DNA of 64,000 nucleotides from Trichinella spiralis (Eukaryota). Position numbers and translations under genes: made by a program. Location: positions 9,278,607 to 9,342,606 of the forward strand of contig NW_003526941.1 in NCBI RefSeq assembly GCF_000181795.1, in the 5' to 3' direction. This document shows, one piece after another, positions 40,156 through 53,700 of this stretch (its first letter is position 1; each line of letters begins with the position of its first letter). The notes below the pieces were generated by a model. It worked only from the letters and a program-made list of their open reading frames with translations, searched no databases and had not been told where the DNA came from.

Positions 40156-43100
40156 AAAAGCAATCAGTACCGATTTGCCGTATCTTCGAAACCTTCGAGC
40201 TGCTTGGAAATGACCATCTGCATGCCGAGCTGTTTTTGCATTTCTTTTTGCCTGGCTTCGAAAAACTCTTCGAGCACTTTGAGACGCGTCACCGCTTCCA
40301 TCGTCTGCATCTCCGCCTGCTGTTGGGCATTTTTCATCGAATCCCGTTCGCAGCGGAGCTGCTCCAATTCGGCTTCGACCGCCAATCTGCACCGTTGCTC
40401 TTTCTCGACTTCGGCGCGCATCTTTTCCAATTCTCCGTTCGACCGGCCCAACTGGGCGTACAATTTGGCCAAATCCAAGCCAACATCCACGTCGTCAGTC
40501 GGCTGTTCACTTCCTTCACAAACCCCCGTCGCCTCTTCGTCTTCTTCTACATTCCAGTCGGCAACGCCCTTCAACTGGTCGTTGGAACGTCGCCGACACT
40601 GCCACAATCTTTGGACCACCTCCTTCAGTCCGTGTATTTCGACTTTCGACGCCTCGAGTTCGGCCAACAACTGCCCTTCGCGTTGCTTCAATTCGACCGT
40701 CGAAGCCAGTTCCACTTCGCGCGACTGCAACTCTTCGACCAGCTTCTCGTTGCGACTCTTCTCCCATTCCAAATTGGCGTACAATTGTCGAATTTGTTCG
40801 TTCAACTGCTGCCGTTCAGCTTCGTGCCCGCGGTCCAGCTTGTCGGCTTCTTCTCGCAGTTCAACGAACCGTCGATCCGCGTCCTGCAATTGGCGATCCT
40901 TTTCGGCAATGGCCGCTTCCATCGCTTCCAGTCGACCCTCTTCCAAAAACTCACTACCCACCCCTCCACGAGCGTTTTCCAATTCACGACTGGCACGTAC
41001 CAGCTCGGCTTCGACACCCTTCAAAGCGGCATCTTTGCATTTCAATTCCGCCAATATGCGACTCTTCTCCTCTTGCAAATCGTCGGCCTGCTCCAACTTT
41101 TCCACCAGTCGCTCGTATTTGGAAAACAACCGCACATAATCGCTGTCGTTGGCGTAAACTTTTCGCTGCCAGCGTTTCCAAAGCAGACGATCGACCACGA
41201 AAACCATCAACGAAACGCAAGTCAAAATCAACAAACTCGAATCGTTCCAACCGAACGTCGTCGCTTTTGGAAGAAAAGTCTCCCCACTGGAGTCGTCAAC
41301 TGCGAACAACAGACTCCAGATGCTGGCAAATGCCCGTCGCGACTGGTCGAAATACAATTTCACACCTCGGATCAACAACGTCATGAGATCCGTCGAAGCG
41401 GGCATTTCAGGAACACCGACCACAGGCCGGCGGTTCGTCTCGTCGCACTGTTCCTCTTCCTTGTCGCACGTCTGCGATATCCAAGAATCTTCTCTTGGAA
41501 ATTCATCTGGAAAAGTTTCCTCAACTTTCACATTGTCATTGTCATCACTTGCATCATCAACTACGGAAGTGTAATTCGAAATCTCGCCACCCCCGGCAGC
41601 AGCACTACTGCTGCTTCTCGAATCATGATCATCATCATAAGACGAGCTAATGCTCAATTCTTTCTCTTCTTCTGAGCTTTTACCATCATCAGCAACAGCA
41701 CTGCTTCGTGAATCATGATGATCATCCGACGAGCTGACGTTCAACTCTTTCCCTTCTTCTGAGCTTTTACCATCACCACCACCACCACCACCAGCAGCAG
41801 CAGTACTGCTTTCTGGTCCATGATCAACATCAGACGAGTTGACGTTCAACTCTTTCCTTTCTTCTGATCTTCTACCATCATCAGCAACAGTACTGCTTCG
41901 TGAATCATGATGATCATCCAACGAGCTAACGTTCAATTCTTTCTTTACTTCTGAGCTTTCACCATCACCATCATCAGCCGCAGTACTGCTTTTTGGATCA
42001 TGATCTGTATCAAGCGAGCTGACGTTAAACTTTTTCCCTTCTTCTGAGCTTTTACCATCATCAGCAGCACTACCGCTTCTCGTATCATGATCATCATAAG
42101 ACGAGCTAATGTTCAATTCTTTCCCTTCTTCTGAACTTTTACCACCACCATCGGTAAAATTGTTCTCCTCTTTCAACTCATCTTTCATTTTATTCATCTC
42201 TTCTGTGAACAAACTGTCCCCATTCACAGCATCATCACCGGAAGGCAATTGCAAATTGTCGACGGTCGATTTTTGCAAATTTTTTGTAAGCTTCATGTCG
42301 ACACTTTTCACATCTTCCACCGGGTGATTTTTCAACTGAGAATCAACTTTGACCATATTTCTGTCCACTCCTGATTCTGCATTTTCAACAATTTTCGACA
42401 AATCGCTTAACGTTTCATTCAATTTCGAAGCATTGCCAATTTCTGCTTTGTCGGATGTGGCAGAAAAATTGGAAGCCGCAAACTGGTGCTGCTTCAGATC
42501 GTCGTCACCTTCCATACCGGGACCAGAACGTGCACTGCTAACGTTCGCATGTTCATCTTTTGCAACATCTGCATCTGATGAATGGCCATCATCACGCTGA
42601 ATATTGCTTTCTTCGTTCACTTGGCGTCGTTGTTCGTCAACCGGCAAAGCATCTCCATTCGCTTCTGCCAAATTTGGCAAAATTCCCTTCGATTTTCCAG
42701 TGCTACTGTTGGACAAAGTGGTCTGTAGAAAATCTTCAAATCGATCTTTGTCGTGCACAGTTTCACGGAAAATTGCCACATTTTCTTCAGAAGTGAAAAA
42801 TCGTCTCGCAGTGTCACTGCGAATTACCTGCACAAATTTCGCTCATAGAATAATCAAATGAGAACAATTCACAATTGCAAAACTCACTTGTCTACTGTGG
42901 AAATCTACCACGTACAAATTTTTATCTTCTTCTATAGCTGTTTCAATGAATTTTAAAAAGGCCGTAAAATTCAAACTTCTTGGAAAAATATGATCCTGAA
43001 AAGCACAATCAAAAATAAATACATACAGTTGTACGATCAACCGCAAACTACGCACTCAATTTGTACAGAAATATTTTTTTAATAATGTAAAAATTGAAAT

Positions 43101-44622
43101 ATTTCTTCAATTTTTTGCAAAATTAATGCAATCAAACTACAACAAAACATCAAAATTATCAAAACAAAAACAGTGACTTTGTTGCGGCAACATAAACATT
43201 ACAGTAATATACCATGTCAATAATGTTCGATGAAATTTTTCATGACGTATACATATCACACGTCACGACTTATATACACTCACTAGGTGAAACATATGAA
43301 AAATATTTTATTTAAAAAAAATGTTCAAATTGTTGACATTTAACCGCAAATATTCTCTGATAAATTGTTGATAAATCAACTAAGAATGAATATGAAACTG
43401 AATGTTAGCATGTTAAATTGGATTCGAAAACATTATTGCCAAATCTTTCATATTCAACAGAATAACATCAAGCTAATAAAAATGGACATTACACGACAAC
43501 TGTAAAACCCAAATATTGTTTTTTATATACAGCTAATTTGAATATTACCAAAATTGATAAACATATAATATTTCCTCTTTTCCACAATTACAACTGTATA
43601 ACAAGAGAATAATAAGTATTACTACTTTTGTTATATGAAAAATTTTAAAAACTATATATACGTTAATGAAAAATTACCTAAATGCTATTAAAGATTTTGA
43701 AGCTCTCAGAAAAATTGGCTAATGCATCGGAGACAAAAATAATGTATCGTCAACAGATGCAACAAAAAGATTAAAACTTCAAAATGTTTTAGTAAAACTA
43801 GGAAATATTAGTTAAGCATGACCTTCACAGGCGAAATAAAAACTTGTTTCACTTAGTACAATGATATGATAAACCGGAGCAACAACGTTCAATGTTGAAC
43901 AAAAATACAGGAAGAAACAGCAACTTATTTCCAATGCAAAAGTCGTGATAGCTATAAATTAAAGCTATCCGGAGGTTTCTATCTTTCAAATTCAAAAATA
44001 AACAAACAGAAAAAAGTCAATAAATGAAATAACAAACAAAAATTACTTGACAAAACACAGTCCAACCCTACTAAACAATACCCTTCAGAATAAGTATTTG
44101 AATGTTCAATACTTACGCTTTCATTTCCATACCAGAGATGTTTAGGGCCAATCGCATACACAGAAGCAGTGTCGTTTACTTTCAGAAAATACTTATCCGT
44201 GTGTAAATCTTCCACAACTAACGACGAAAACAGTTGAACTAAAATAAACACAAGACTACATCATAACAGAATCTAATAATAGCGATAATTAATATTCTGC
44301 CGCTTTTTGAAAATGGAAAATAAATTAAATACAAAACAAGTGCACAAATCAGCTGATTATTAATAACGGAACCAGTTGTTTATCATAAACAGAATTTTAA
44401 TTTCATTTATGACGTAAAAATAAAACTCTAAACTCTTCAAAAAATCTGCTGTAAAACAAAATCTGCTATCGAAAAATAAAAACAAAGCATACTAGAGCAA
44501 TTAGAGTTGGCGCATATTTGTAGGTCTGCACTCTCGTTACTAACTGGGTAAATACCATTAGCAAACCAAAAATATGCATACAAATAAAAATACATCACCG
44601 TTATAGAAATGAAACCAATCAT
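39156..44622 (-). CDS. MIA3: TANGO1/MIA3 (transport and Golgi organization 1) homolog; exons approx 44622-44493, 44229-44117, 42975-42889, 42827-40171, 40068-39156
   Basis: Signal peptide followed by ADLQICANSNCS (TANGO1/MIA KxCAD.ECS motif) and an SH3-like exon. Long acidic luminal region, TM helix (LLILTCVSLMVFVV), coiled coils with RLKVLEEFF...E..MQKQLG, and a C-terminal proline-rich domain with PPP motifs. Confidence 0.8.
40104..40154. repeat. (CAA)17 microsatellite within TANGO1 intron 40069-40170
   Basis: Directly visible. Confidence 0.95.
41590..42152 (-). repeat. Coding tandem repeat, ~7 units of ~25-31 aa (GKSSEEGKELNVSSSDDHHDSRSSAVADD) in the TANGO1 luminal region
   Basis: Repeated in the 889-aa ORF and at DNA level (CTTCTGAGCTTTTACCATCA, GACGAGCT.ACGTTCAA). 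Confidence 0.92.
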
Positions 44623-47010
44623 TCAGTTCGTATAAAACTACAGTAATAAATAAGCATAAGTGGAATAAAGGAACTTATAATCAGTGCAAAAACAAAAAAT
44701 ACAGTCGCAGATAATAAAGTATAAAAAAGTGTAGTGTAAAAACGATTGTGTAGAAAAGTTATTTATAAAATTGAATATTCTAAATATCACTAAATTTAGT
44801 CGAAATTAGAAATATTCTAAAATATTTATTAAACGCATTTTAGGTTAAATTTTTGGTTTCAACATTTAAAGCTTGAACATTCAATTTTCAGTTTCCCAAA
44901 ATTAATCAACTCATGCTTATGCAACAATATAGTATATAAAAACATTTTTTTCAATTTACGTTGCCAAAATGTATACTGTATTTCAATAATATTGTCGATC
45001 AACAAGTTTATTCTTACTGTAGCTCAGTTTTATTTTTGAATGTATTGTGATTGAGAATATTCTTGTTATTGGTGAAAGTTATACAGTTTGTTTTTGTATA
45101 GATTAAATTCGTATTTGTAAACTATTACATTGAAAATTTAGAAATGAACGGAGCGTATGGAGTAAAAGATTATTCGTCAAAGCATTCTTTTCCAAAATCT
45201 GTAGTAATTACTTTGATTAATATATTGACAAATAGTACATCACGGTTGACTTTGGAAGACAAATGCCAAAGTGTTTCGGAAATACTATACTCCGCGATTT
45301 CAAATACTTTCATAAATTGGCACTAGGACTCTAGAAGTGTACACAGGAATAAAGAGATTGAAACTGAACAACAGGCGCTAAACTATCAGATTGAGATTGT
45401 GGGAAAAATATAATTAATTAATTTGCTGTTGCTGGATGGAATTTATGATTTTTTAATATGCCTGAGTGTATTTAGTTTGTGTTTGCACCATCAAATGGTG
45501 GCATGTGGAACGACGTCTAAGTGGTTTGAGTGGAAGAGATTGTGCATGAGCATGGGAGAGAATAATTAAAGAGAGACGAAGAGAGCGTAGTGTTACAACG
45601 TGCAGTGCTGTAAAATTTGAGGAAAACAAACAAAGTAGACATTATGACATCAATGATGTAATAAAATAAAACTATTGTTCAGCTATTAGTAAATAAAATT
45701 TATTTACAAAATAAATTCAGTCAAAGCTATCTTAAAAAGTAGGAAAAAATTTAAAAATTATTTGCATAATATTTATTGAAGGAGATTGGATTAATGAACT
45801 AAAAAACATACAAATTTCCAAAAAGTGAAATTATTATTTCAATATTTGTAATGTGAAAGTGTGAAGTGATACGACTGATGGTGGAAAATGGAAATCGATT
45901 ACGTGGAACGCCCACCGACGCAGTTTAATATTTACAATACAATTATCATAATTAATAACGCGATTTAGGTGTTCTATCAGAGTGCGTTAAGAATTTTGTC
46001 GCGAGGTCAAAAACGCATTGCCCAGCCAGATCTGGTAGTTCGCGGGCGACTAAATTAAAACTAGGCCAGCCGAAGGGAAATAATAAAGTTGAGAAAAACG
46101 GTCGAAAAATCTTCGCCAAACAAGTGAAATAATTCATACGCGTATCAATTGTATTTTGCAAATGAATTTTACATTTAAATCAAAAATTATAATCAACGGA
46201 AAGTTTCATTTTTCACAATAATTGCTGCAGATGAAAACTACATACTATACACACATATTAAAAAAGTATTTTTGCATTTGTATTTGTAACAAAATCAGCA
46301 GAATCAGAAAATAACAGTGAAAATCTGTTTGAAATAATAAAAGAAAAAAGCATACCCTTCCATTTGCTGTCAGTGGTGTAAATTGATAATTTTGATGAAA
46401 ATTAATAATAATAATAATGAACTACATGAGGAAGAAAAAGAAAAACAGTGAAAATGTAGTGAAGCATCATTTGGTAGATGAAACAATCAGAATAAGATGA
46501 ACAATAACAACGGCCAAATGTTGAATCGGTGTACAAATTAGGGCGAGGGGAAAAATTCAATAACAAAAAGTTGCAAAATCCATACACCGGACCCAGACAG
46601 TATCAACGCCCACGCAGCAAAATTCAAAATTTCTACTTCTATAGTAAAAAAGAAAACATAATTCAGGATGATAATATTTAAATTTACAAAAATGACACGA
46701 ATAATTTTTTTTTCTATAATAATTTTCAAGCATTCAAAATTGTTTCTCATTGAAATTTAATCAATAATTTATTGGCTCATATTTCATTTTTATTTTTTAT
46801 TAACCAAAATAAAATTTATTGTATGCAAATTAAATTGAATAGAATTAAAAAAAAACATGATGAATAATTATGTTTAAAGGTACTTTAAAAATTTTTCCAT
46901 CACGCCAATAGGATTTAAAGTACTAATTTTAAATTTTTTTAAATTAATATTTCTGACTGCTTGTGTTGGTTTAGTTGACTTTATTGTTTGATCCAAATCT
47001 GTAGTAAAGA

Positions 47011-47370
47011 ATGACGAACGACAATTGCAATAGGCTAAAGATTTCAACATCATTCGAGAAACCAAAATATTCTCGACGTATTCAAGAAATTCGCAGGTCG
47101 AATAGGGAAATTTTTGAAAAAAGCAGCGAATGGCGCAAGTTGACCGAGAAAATGGAAGAATACAAAGCTGCCAGGAAAGAGGCGATTAATTCAAATGACG
47201 ACAATCAAGCAGCAGCTTCTCCTGCCAACCGAAACATCTTACCTGAACAACAAGCAGAACAAACTTCTAGCACAAATGCTGAAAATAACACCATCATGAA
47301 TTATATACCGACTTTCTTCGCCGGTCTCATTTTATGCATAATTGATCATTTGATATCGAACTTATTCTAA
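47011..47370 (+). CDS. Hypothetical single-exon protein, helical N-terminus and C-terminal hydrophobic anchor
   Basis: 119-aa ORF with coding-like composition in AT-rich surroundings. Ends YIPTFFAGLILCIIDHLISNLF. Confidence 0.5.
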   Translation: MTNDNCNRLKISTSFEKPKYSRRIQEIRRSNREIFEKSSEWRKLTEKMEEYKAARKEAINSNDDNQAAASPANRNILPEQQAEQTSSTNAENNTIMNYIPTFFAGLILCIIDHLISNLF

Positions 47371-48617
47371 TTTCAAAACTTTTTCTTCAACATGATATAA
47401 TGTTCAGTTAACGAGAATTTTGTAATCAAAAATTATAAATATATTTGTTCTGTCATAATATTTCAAAAAAAAAAATCAATTAAAATTTATTTTTAATTTC
47501 CTACGCACTGTTTGATATCAATATTGCGATAAAATTATTTCTGATCTTTCCGTTTTCAAACAAATTAATTTTGCTGCTCGAACAAACTCTGTTACCGAGA
47601 ATATAAGTTCCATTTAATGATAAAGATATTAAGGCGCACAAAACACAGTATTGACCAACAACAAATATTAAAATTTACAGTTAAAAATAAAACTCTTACT
47701 TAATGATGTTTTCGGTGTTTGTCCTTTTTTGTCACGCTGTTGTGCATCATACTGTAGTGTAGTAGCGTGATATTTTTAATGAAAATTATAAAAAAATTAG
47801 TGATGTTCAATTAGTGATTCAGTTTTTTGCTGCGTTCAGTGTAAGCTAATAACAACGTACTACATTAAGCTTCCAATATTGTCAGAAAATGCAGTTGCCA
47901 CTGCTTATCACGAATGCCACTAATTGAAGCCTGCAGTAATCGAGTAAGTAAACATTTGAAAAAATTTGAATAAATTAACGTTATCTTATTTTCTCTTTTC
48001 AACACAATCTACAGTTGTAGTATACTGCGTAAAAAATTACTGTTTCTTTTAATGTGCTGTAAAATTATTCATAGCATAAAGTGTCAAGAGGAGATTGATT
48101 GTATTTTCAGATCGCATTTGTTAAAGTCTATTAAAATTAAATTTAATATCTACGAGGTATTGCAATTAAGTAGCAGCTAATCTGCTTGCAAATAATCTCG
48201 TTTAATTCAGAATAAATTATTTGCCACAACTTTGTGATTCACGAGTATAATTTTACTGATTGTCTATTTTTATTGGTTTTCAACTATTTTTGTACGATTA
48301 TCAGACATAGAAATGTTTGTCATTTGTAAATTTCATTTGCGTATATACATATATAAAGCGAAATGTTATTTGCGCAAGCAATGAAAATATTTCAGTTGAA
48401 GTTCTTTCAATTTAAAGAGGCAATGAATAACAAGAATATATTTTATAAAAAATTTTTATTAAATTTAAATATAAAATGACATATTAATTTATAAGTGATT
48501 ATTAGTTAAAATAATACAATGATAATAATAATTGTAATAATAATAATGAAAAAACAGTAATTGAGAAATTGAAAAAAATTAGTTTCGTTAAGTTGGTTAA
48601 AATTGTCTTTAAAATTA

Positions 48618-50355
48618 TTACACGGCAGTCTCTGCTTCTTCATTGTTTTTGTCCTCGCCCTGGTCAGAATTATTTTTATCCTATAAAAATAGAAGCATAT
48701 AAGTAAGTATATATTTGAATATGAATAATGTCGAGTAGCATAAATCTAAATTATTGCATTACTTTTGGGTTTTCGGAGAAATCTTCTGCCATTAAAGTGG
48801 CACTTATTTCTATTTTAACATCAAGATCATATTTATCTTCAGAAGTGTTTTCAACAAATTTCAATTTTTTCTTTATCGACTTTATCAATTCATCTTCGTC
48901 AATGCAGTCAATTATCAAATTTTGCAAAGCACGTTCGTTTAACTCGTAATCGAGTGGGATTTTAAACTCTTTGTTGTATAGTGTTGATGATTGATCTTGA
49001 ACTGATTGATGCTTCGAATCAGACATTGCTGCAGCATATCCGGTATGATTTTCCATATATTTCTGTAACTGTTCTGTACCTTGTTCTTCTTTTGTGCCAG
49101 TTTCTTCTCTTTTGTGATATTCTCGTTCTATATCTTCAATTGTACAGTCATCATACTCCCCTTTTTCTTTGTATTTTTCAGATTCACTTTCTTTGAATTC
49201 GAACTCATTTTCTGTTGTTTCATCAGTTTCTTCGTTTTCATCTTTCTCTTGGACTTTGTTTTCATATTTATTTCCATATTCTGTGGTATAATGGCCACTT
49301 GTAAATTCGGATTCATCGTTACTTTCATTTCTGGGATTAGTATCTGCCAAGTATTCTTCATCCATCCATAAATTATCCACGGATTTTGTTCTTTCATCTA
49401 TGAGATATGTCTCAGGAGGATCTTTTGTGCATTTGGTTTTTATGAAGTATTCAACTTCTTTTTTGCCTTTTTTCACTAACTTGTCACTTATCTCATAGTT
49501 ATGGAATGTTGATTCAACATTTCCCAAGCAGAGTAGCGTAATACAGTAAGAAATAAATGCGTTAGCATCCTCACTATCTGGGAATCGAATTTTCAGTGTG
49601 AACAATGATGCTTCATTTGGTACTTCTAATCTTAAGGATAGAACCTGTCCTTCTCGTCGTATAAACTTCACTTGCTGCCATTGAAAATAATTGACTTCGT
49701 CAAAAATACCAAATATCTTGATCCCATGGATATTTACATGGAAAAAACTGGATTGTTCTTCATCAGTGTAGAATACTTCATGCCCATATACGTCTGCATT
49801 TGTTGCAACTTTCAAATATTCTTCCATTGCTTGGAAACGATCATCAAATGAAAGTTTGTTGAATTCGATTATCACATCATTGTTCCATTTCTCTTTTTCC
49901 ACGTTGTACTTTGTTGTAGTCCAAGATGGCATTGGTGAACTGCTGACACGTCCGTTTTTAAATCTGTCAACATCTTCTATATATTTTTCATAAAATGCGA
50001 TGGCCATCATCTTTACAGCATATTCGTATGGTGGAATAAGTTTTCCATTCCATACTCTTTCATATGTATTGGTGTACATAATTTTAAGCAAAACTGGGTT
50101 TTTCATGAACTTACAATCAACGGGTGGATAGCAAATTGGTATGACTTTCAGGGTTGCCTCTTTTTCTTTAACATACTTTCCAATTTTTTCATCTTTTTCC
50201 AGCACGTGATCTTGGTATGTTACTATAAAAATTTGGTAATCGTTGATAGCTAGTGGCGGGAAGATTTTCTTCAAAATTTTGTTGACAGTTGTGCTTTTTT
50301 TGACAATGTAATTGAGTACGATAAATTCCATCTCAACGCTCAGTTTTAGTTTCAT
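48618..50355 (-). CDS. Divergent ERM/merlin-like FERM-domain protein, copy 2 (exons 50355-48763, 48680-48618; alternative ATG at 50376)
   Basis: Colinear paralog of 27808-29545, with QAMEEYLKVATNADVYGHEVF and the same terminal intron and exon. Confidence 0.8.
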
Positions 50356-50780
50356 GTTTCTCGTGTGGAAGAACATGGAAGAATGAATAGAGTTGTTAAA
50401 ACATGTTGCACATCAATGAGCAATTTAAACTAAAGCTGCTTTAAAATGTCATAAAATGTGAAGTTTTTTAATGTTTGAAAGTCGTTTGTTTAAATTGATT
50501 TTGGTGTAAATATAAATTTAATGTAAATCGAAATATAAATTTTTGGAATTTGCAGCTGATATAAATAAATTAAAATTGTAAATATAAAATATGTTGATTT
50601 GATTGCAGTATATGTCAACTGTTCTATTATAATTGTGTGCATTTTTAGTATGTATCAAATAAATTTGTTTGAAATAAGTTGTCGCAATAACTTCTGTTTT
50701 GAGATTGACAATTGAAAGTATTTTAATTTTTTTGCGCATCGATTAACTTAATTACTGAAAACAAAAAAAAATCTTGTTGT

Positions 50781-53700
50781 TTAAAACCAAATCATCTGCT
50801 TGCAATTATAGCAGCACAAAGTGTTCGATGGAAATGCAAAAAATTGCAAGCCCTGTCCAGCAATGCAAACGATGACCGTATGGGCAATAATTTGAGCGCA
50901 GATGGCCAGTGGATCGGCAATGTCGATGAACTGGGCATAACAGAGGTGAAAATCCATGTCCACACACGCGTGCCATAAGTAAAGTCGTTCATCAGTAGAA
51001 ATGGATAAAAAAACCCTTTCATTGATTGAACAAACAGCAGTGACAGTGGACAATGAAGGTGGTTTCAGTTGTTTGAAATCAACTTCATCCTGATTTTGAA
51101 AAAGTTGAATATTGGTTGTGAATAAATTTCCCGACTCTGCTCCAATGACGTACCAGAATGCTGATCCGTCGCATGGACGACACTGAATAGATGACAAGCC
51201 ACATTTTTCGACTAACATTTGCATATGCCACTCTTTTTGCTCTTGACCAACGAAAAACTCACTTCCAGTGTTCACTTGTCTCACATATAGCTGACCGTTT
51301 GTACAAACAGCTGCACAAATGGCGCACTGTTTATTGTCGTCACGATTCACAAGCTTCATGGAAGCTATGAAAGAGTTACAGGGCAACATTAGTCGATCGC
51401 TTCGATCGACCACTTCAGCGTTGGTTTCATTCCACAGGAAAGCTTTCACATATCCGTCACATCTGGCTGCCAAAATCAGATACTGATTCTCACCATCGGC
51501 CATTTTCATCGGCATGTGGTCAACGGCTACATAACGAAAATCGCTTTCATCCTTCATTGAACCGCAAGGCCGTAGACCTTGTTGCTTCTGCACCAACCAG
51601 CAGCACAACTGCCCTCGGCCTCCAGCGGAAACTAACAAATTTTCACAACAACGTATCGAAAATATTGCCGATATGTGCAAATAGTATCTTCTGACCAAAG
51701 ATAATTGTCGTCCATTTTGGTCCAGATTCCACAAACACAAAGAAGTATCATCGCTGGACGAGACGAACATTGTACGACTGATGAAACACAAATCTGTAAT
51801 TCGACGCACATGTGCACCTCGTTGGATGCAGTTGATTTGCGGTTGCCAATTCAAAATTTCAACCTGACCACGTTTAACAAATGCAAGATGAAAATTCAAT
51901 TTCGAACAACATCTCTGCTCTTGGATAATCAAATCATAGGACCGATGGCCACCACCGCAATGAATTTCTGACAACATTTCGCCGGAATTGAAGTCGAAAA
52001 TTCGAAAATGATCCGCATGAAAGCCCACAATAAGCTGACGCTGTTGGTTGAAAACAATGAACCGACTAGGCCACTCCATGCCTCGACAAACCCTCTCGTG
52101 GGCAGGCTTCTCGTTCAGCTTTTCAATATTCCACGTATTCACGCAACCGTCTCTGCCTGTACTGTAAAATATTCCATTCAACAACATGAATGCTGTCACT
52201 CCATGTGATCCATGTATACGAAAATAACTGTACATTGGTCGACTCTAAAATTTAACATGAGCATGTAGAATAAAAATGACAACGAAGATGTATGTATTTT
52301 GAATAACCCAAACGATCAATGAATGATTAAAATTGAAATTCATACTATAGTGCTTTTTTGCTCTTTGTCAAATAGAAAAAAATGTACAGATCCATTGCGG
52401 TCACCGACAGCTAAAAAGCAACCTGAAGAGCTTTGTACAAGCATTGCTGCGGATGGCCACCGCTGTCTTCCATTTGGTAAAGTCAATTCAATTCGAATTA
52501 ATTTTGCTTCTCGTTTATTGCTAACGTCGAATAAGTGCATGCGGCCTTGTTCAGTGCAAGCTAACAGCATATTGCCATTGTCAATTAAATGTAAGCTAAA
52601 ATACTTTTGACATTGCACAACACCGGAGCAGTCGTGTAAATTTTCTTCATCAAAAAGATACAGACTACCTTTCAGGCCACCGAAAACGATCAGACCATTT
52701 TCTTTCGATTGATCTACAGCGCATGATCTGAGATTGCTATCCGTAAGTAATAAACGTTTGGAATTTTTGTGAAAATGATATACATTTCCACTAGATGAAA
52801 TGCAAAACAGAGACGATGGTTCAACGGTTGTTATGTGAACAGTTTTCAATATATCACTGTCGGCTAACGAATTGAACTGATAATGGACAATGGACGAGAG
52901 TAAATTCAAGGAAAAGCATGCACCTGAATCAGAACCCAAAATTGCCTTTTCTGATTCGGAATCGTAATGCAAAGCACGAAGATTACCTTTCTTGGTTTCA
53001 GTTCTCGAAACGAGCTCGCCATTTTGTTTCCACAAACAAACTATTCCATCTTCACCTGCGGTAATAATTCTGTCATTTGCAAAGCGAGTCCGCCATACAC
53101 GTCCATGATGTTCTCGCAAAATGTGCGTGAGAATTATTTCACAACTTTCCCATTGCCTCCACGACAGATACTGACCAGAAACTAATGAAAAATGATGCAA
53201 CTTCCACAAACAACAACTTCGATCATCCGATACTGAGCACAATAGTTGACTATGCAGCGAATAGTCGATATCAAAAATAGCTCCATCGTGAGCGTCGAAA
53301 ATTTTAAAAGGATTCCCATTCGAATAGTAAGGAGACCAGATGAATATTTGTTTAGATGCATTACCATTGACAATGAACAATTCGTTATCATGCATTCCAA
53401 AAATTCGACTGCAGTAGGATACGCATTGCTTGGTACATTGTACATGTTGAAGTTGTTCGAGTTCAACGTTGTATACCAAAGCCACATTGCGAGAAGTGAC
53501 AAGCAAAATTCTGTTTCCAGTGAGAACTTTAGCTGAGCATATCCAGTCGTTAATGTTGCATGTTTCAGTAAGAAAAGAAATATTCAATTCATTTTGAGAA
53601 TCTTCAAAAAAGCGACCAATTCGAAAAGAGCGCACCCCGTAAAAACAGGCAATCGATTTGTAGAAATCCAAACCATGAATTGCATCGCTAGGAAATATTT

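Noticed and set aside
39823..41675. Long + strand ORFs (438 aa, 479 aa) and the poly-Leu/Asn/Val starts of neighbouring ORFs
   Set aside because: Antisense or alternative-frame shadows of the GC-richer TANGO1 exons; the homopolymers come from the intronic (CAA)17 repeat.
46354..46650. Hydrophobic minus-strand segment with acceptor/donor-like ends
   Set aside because: Several in-frame stops and no recognisable family; cannot distinguish a pseudogene from AT-rich noise.
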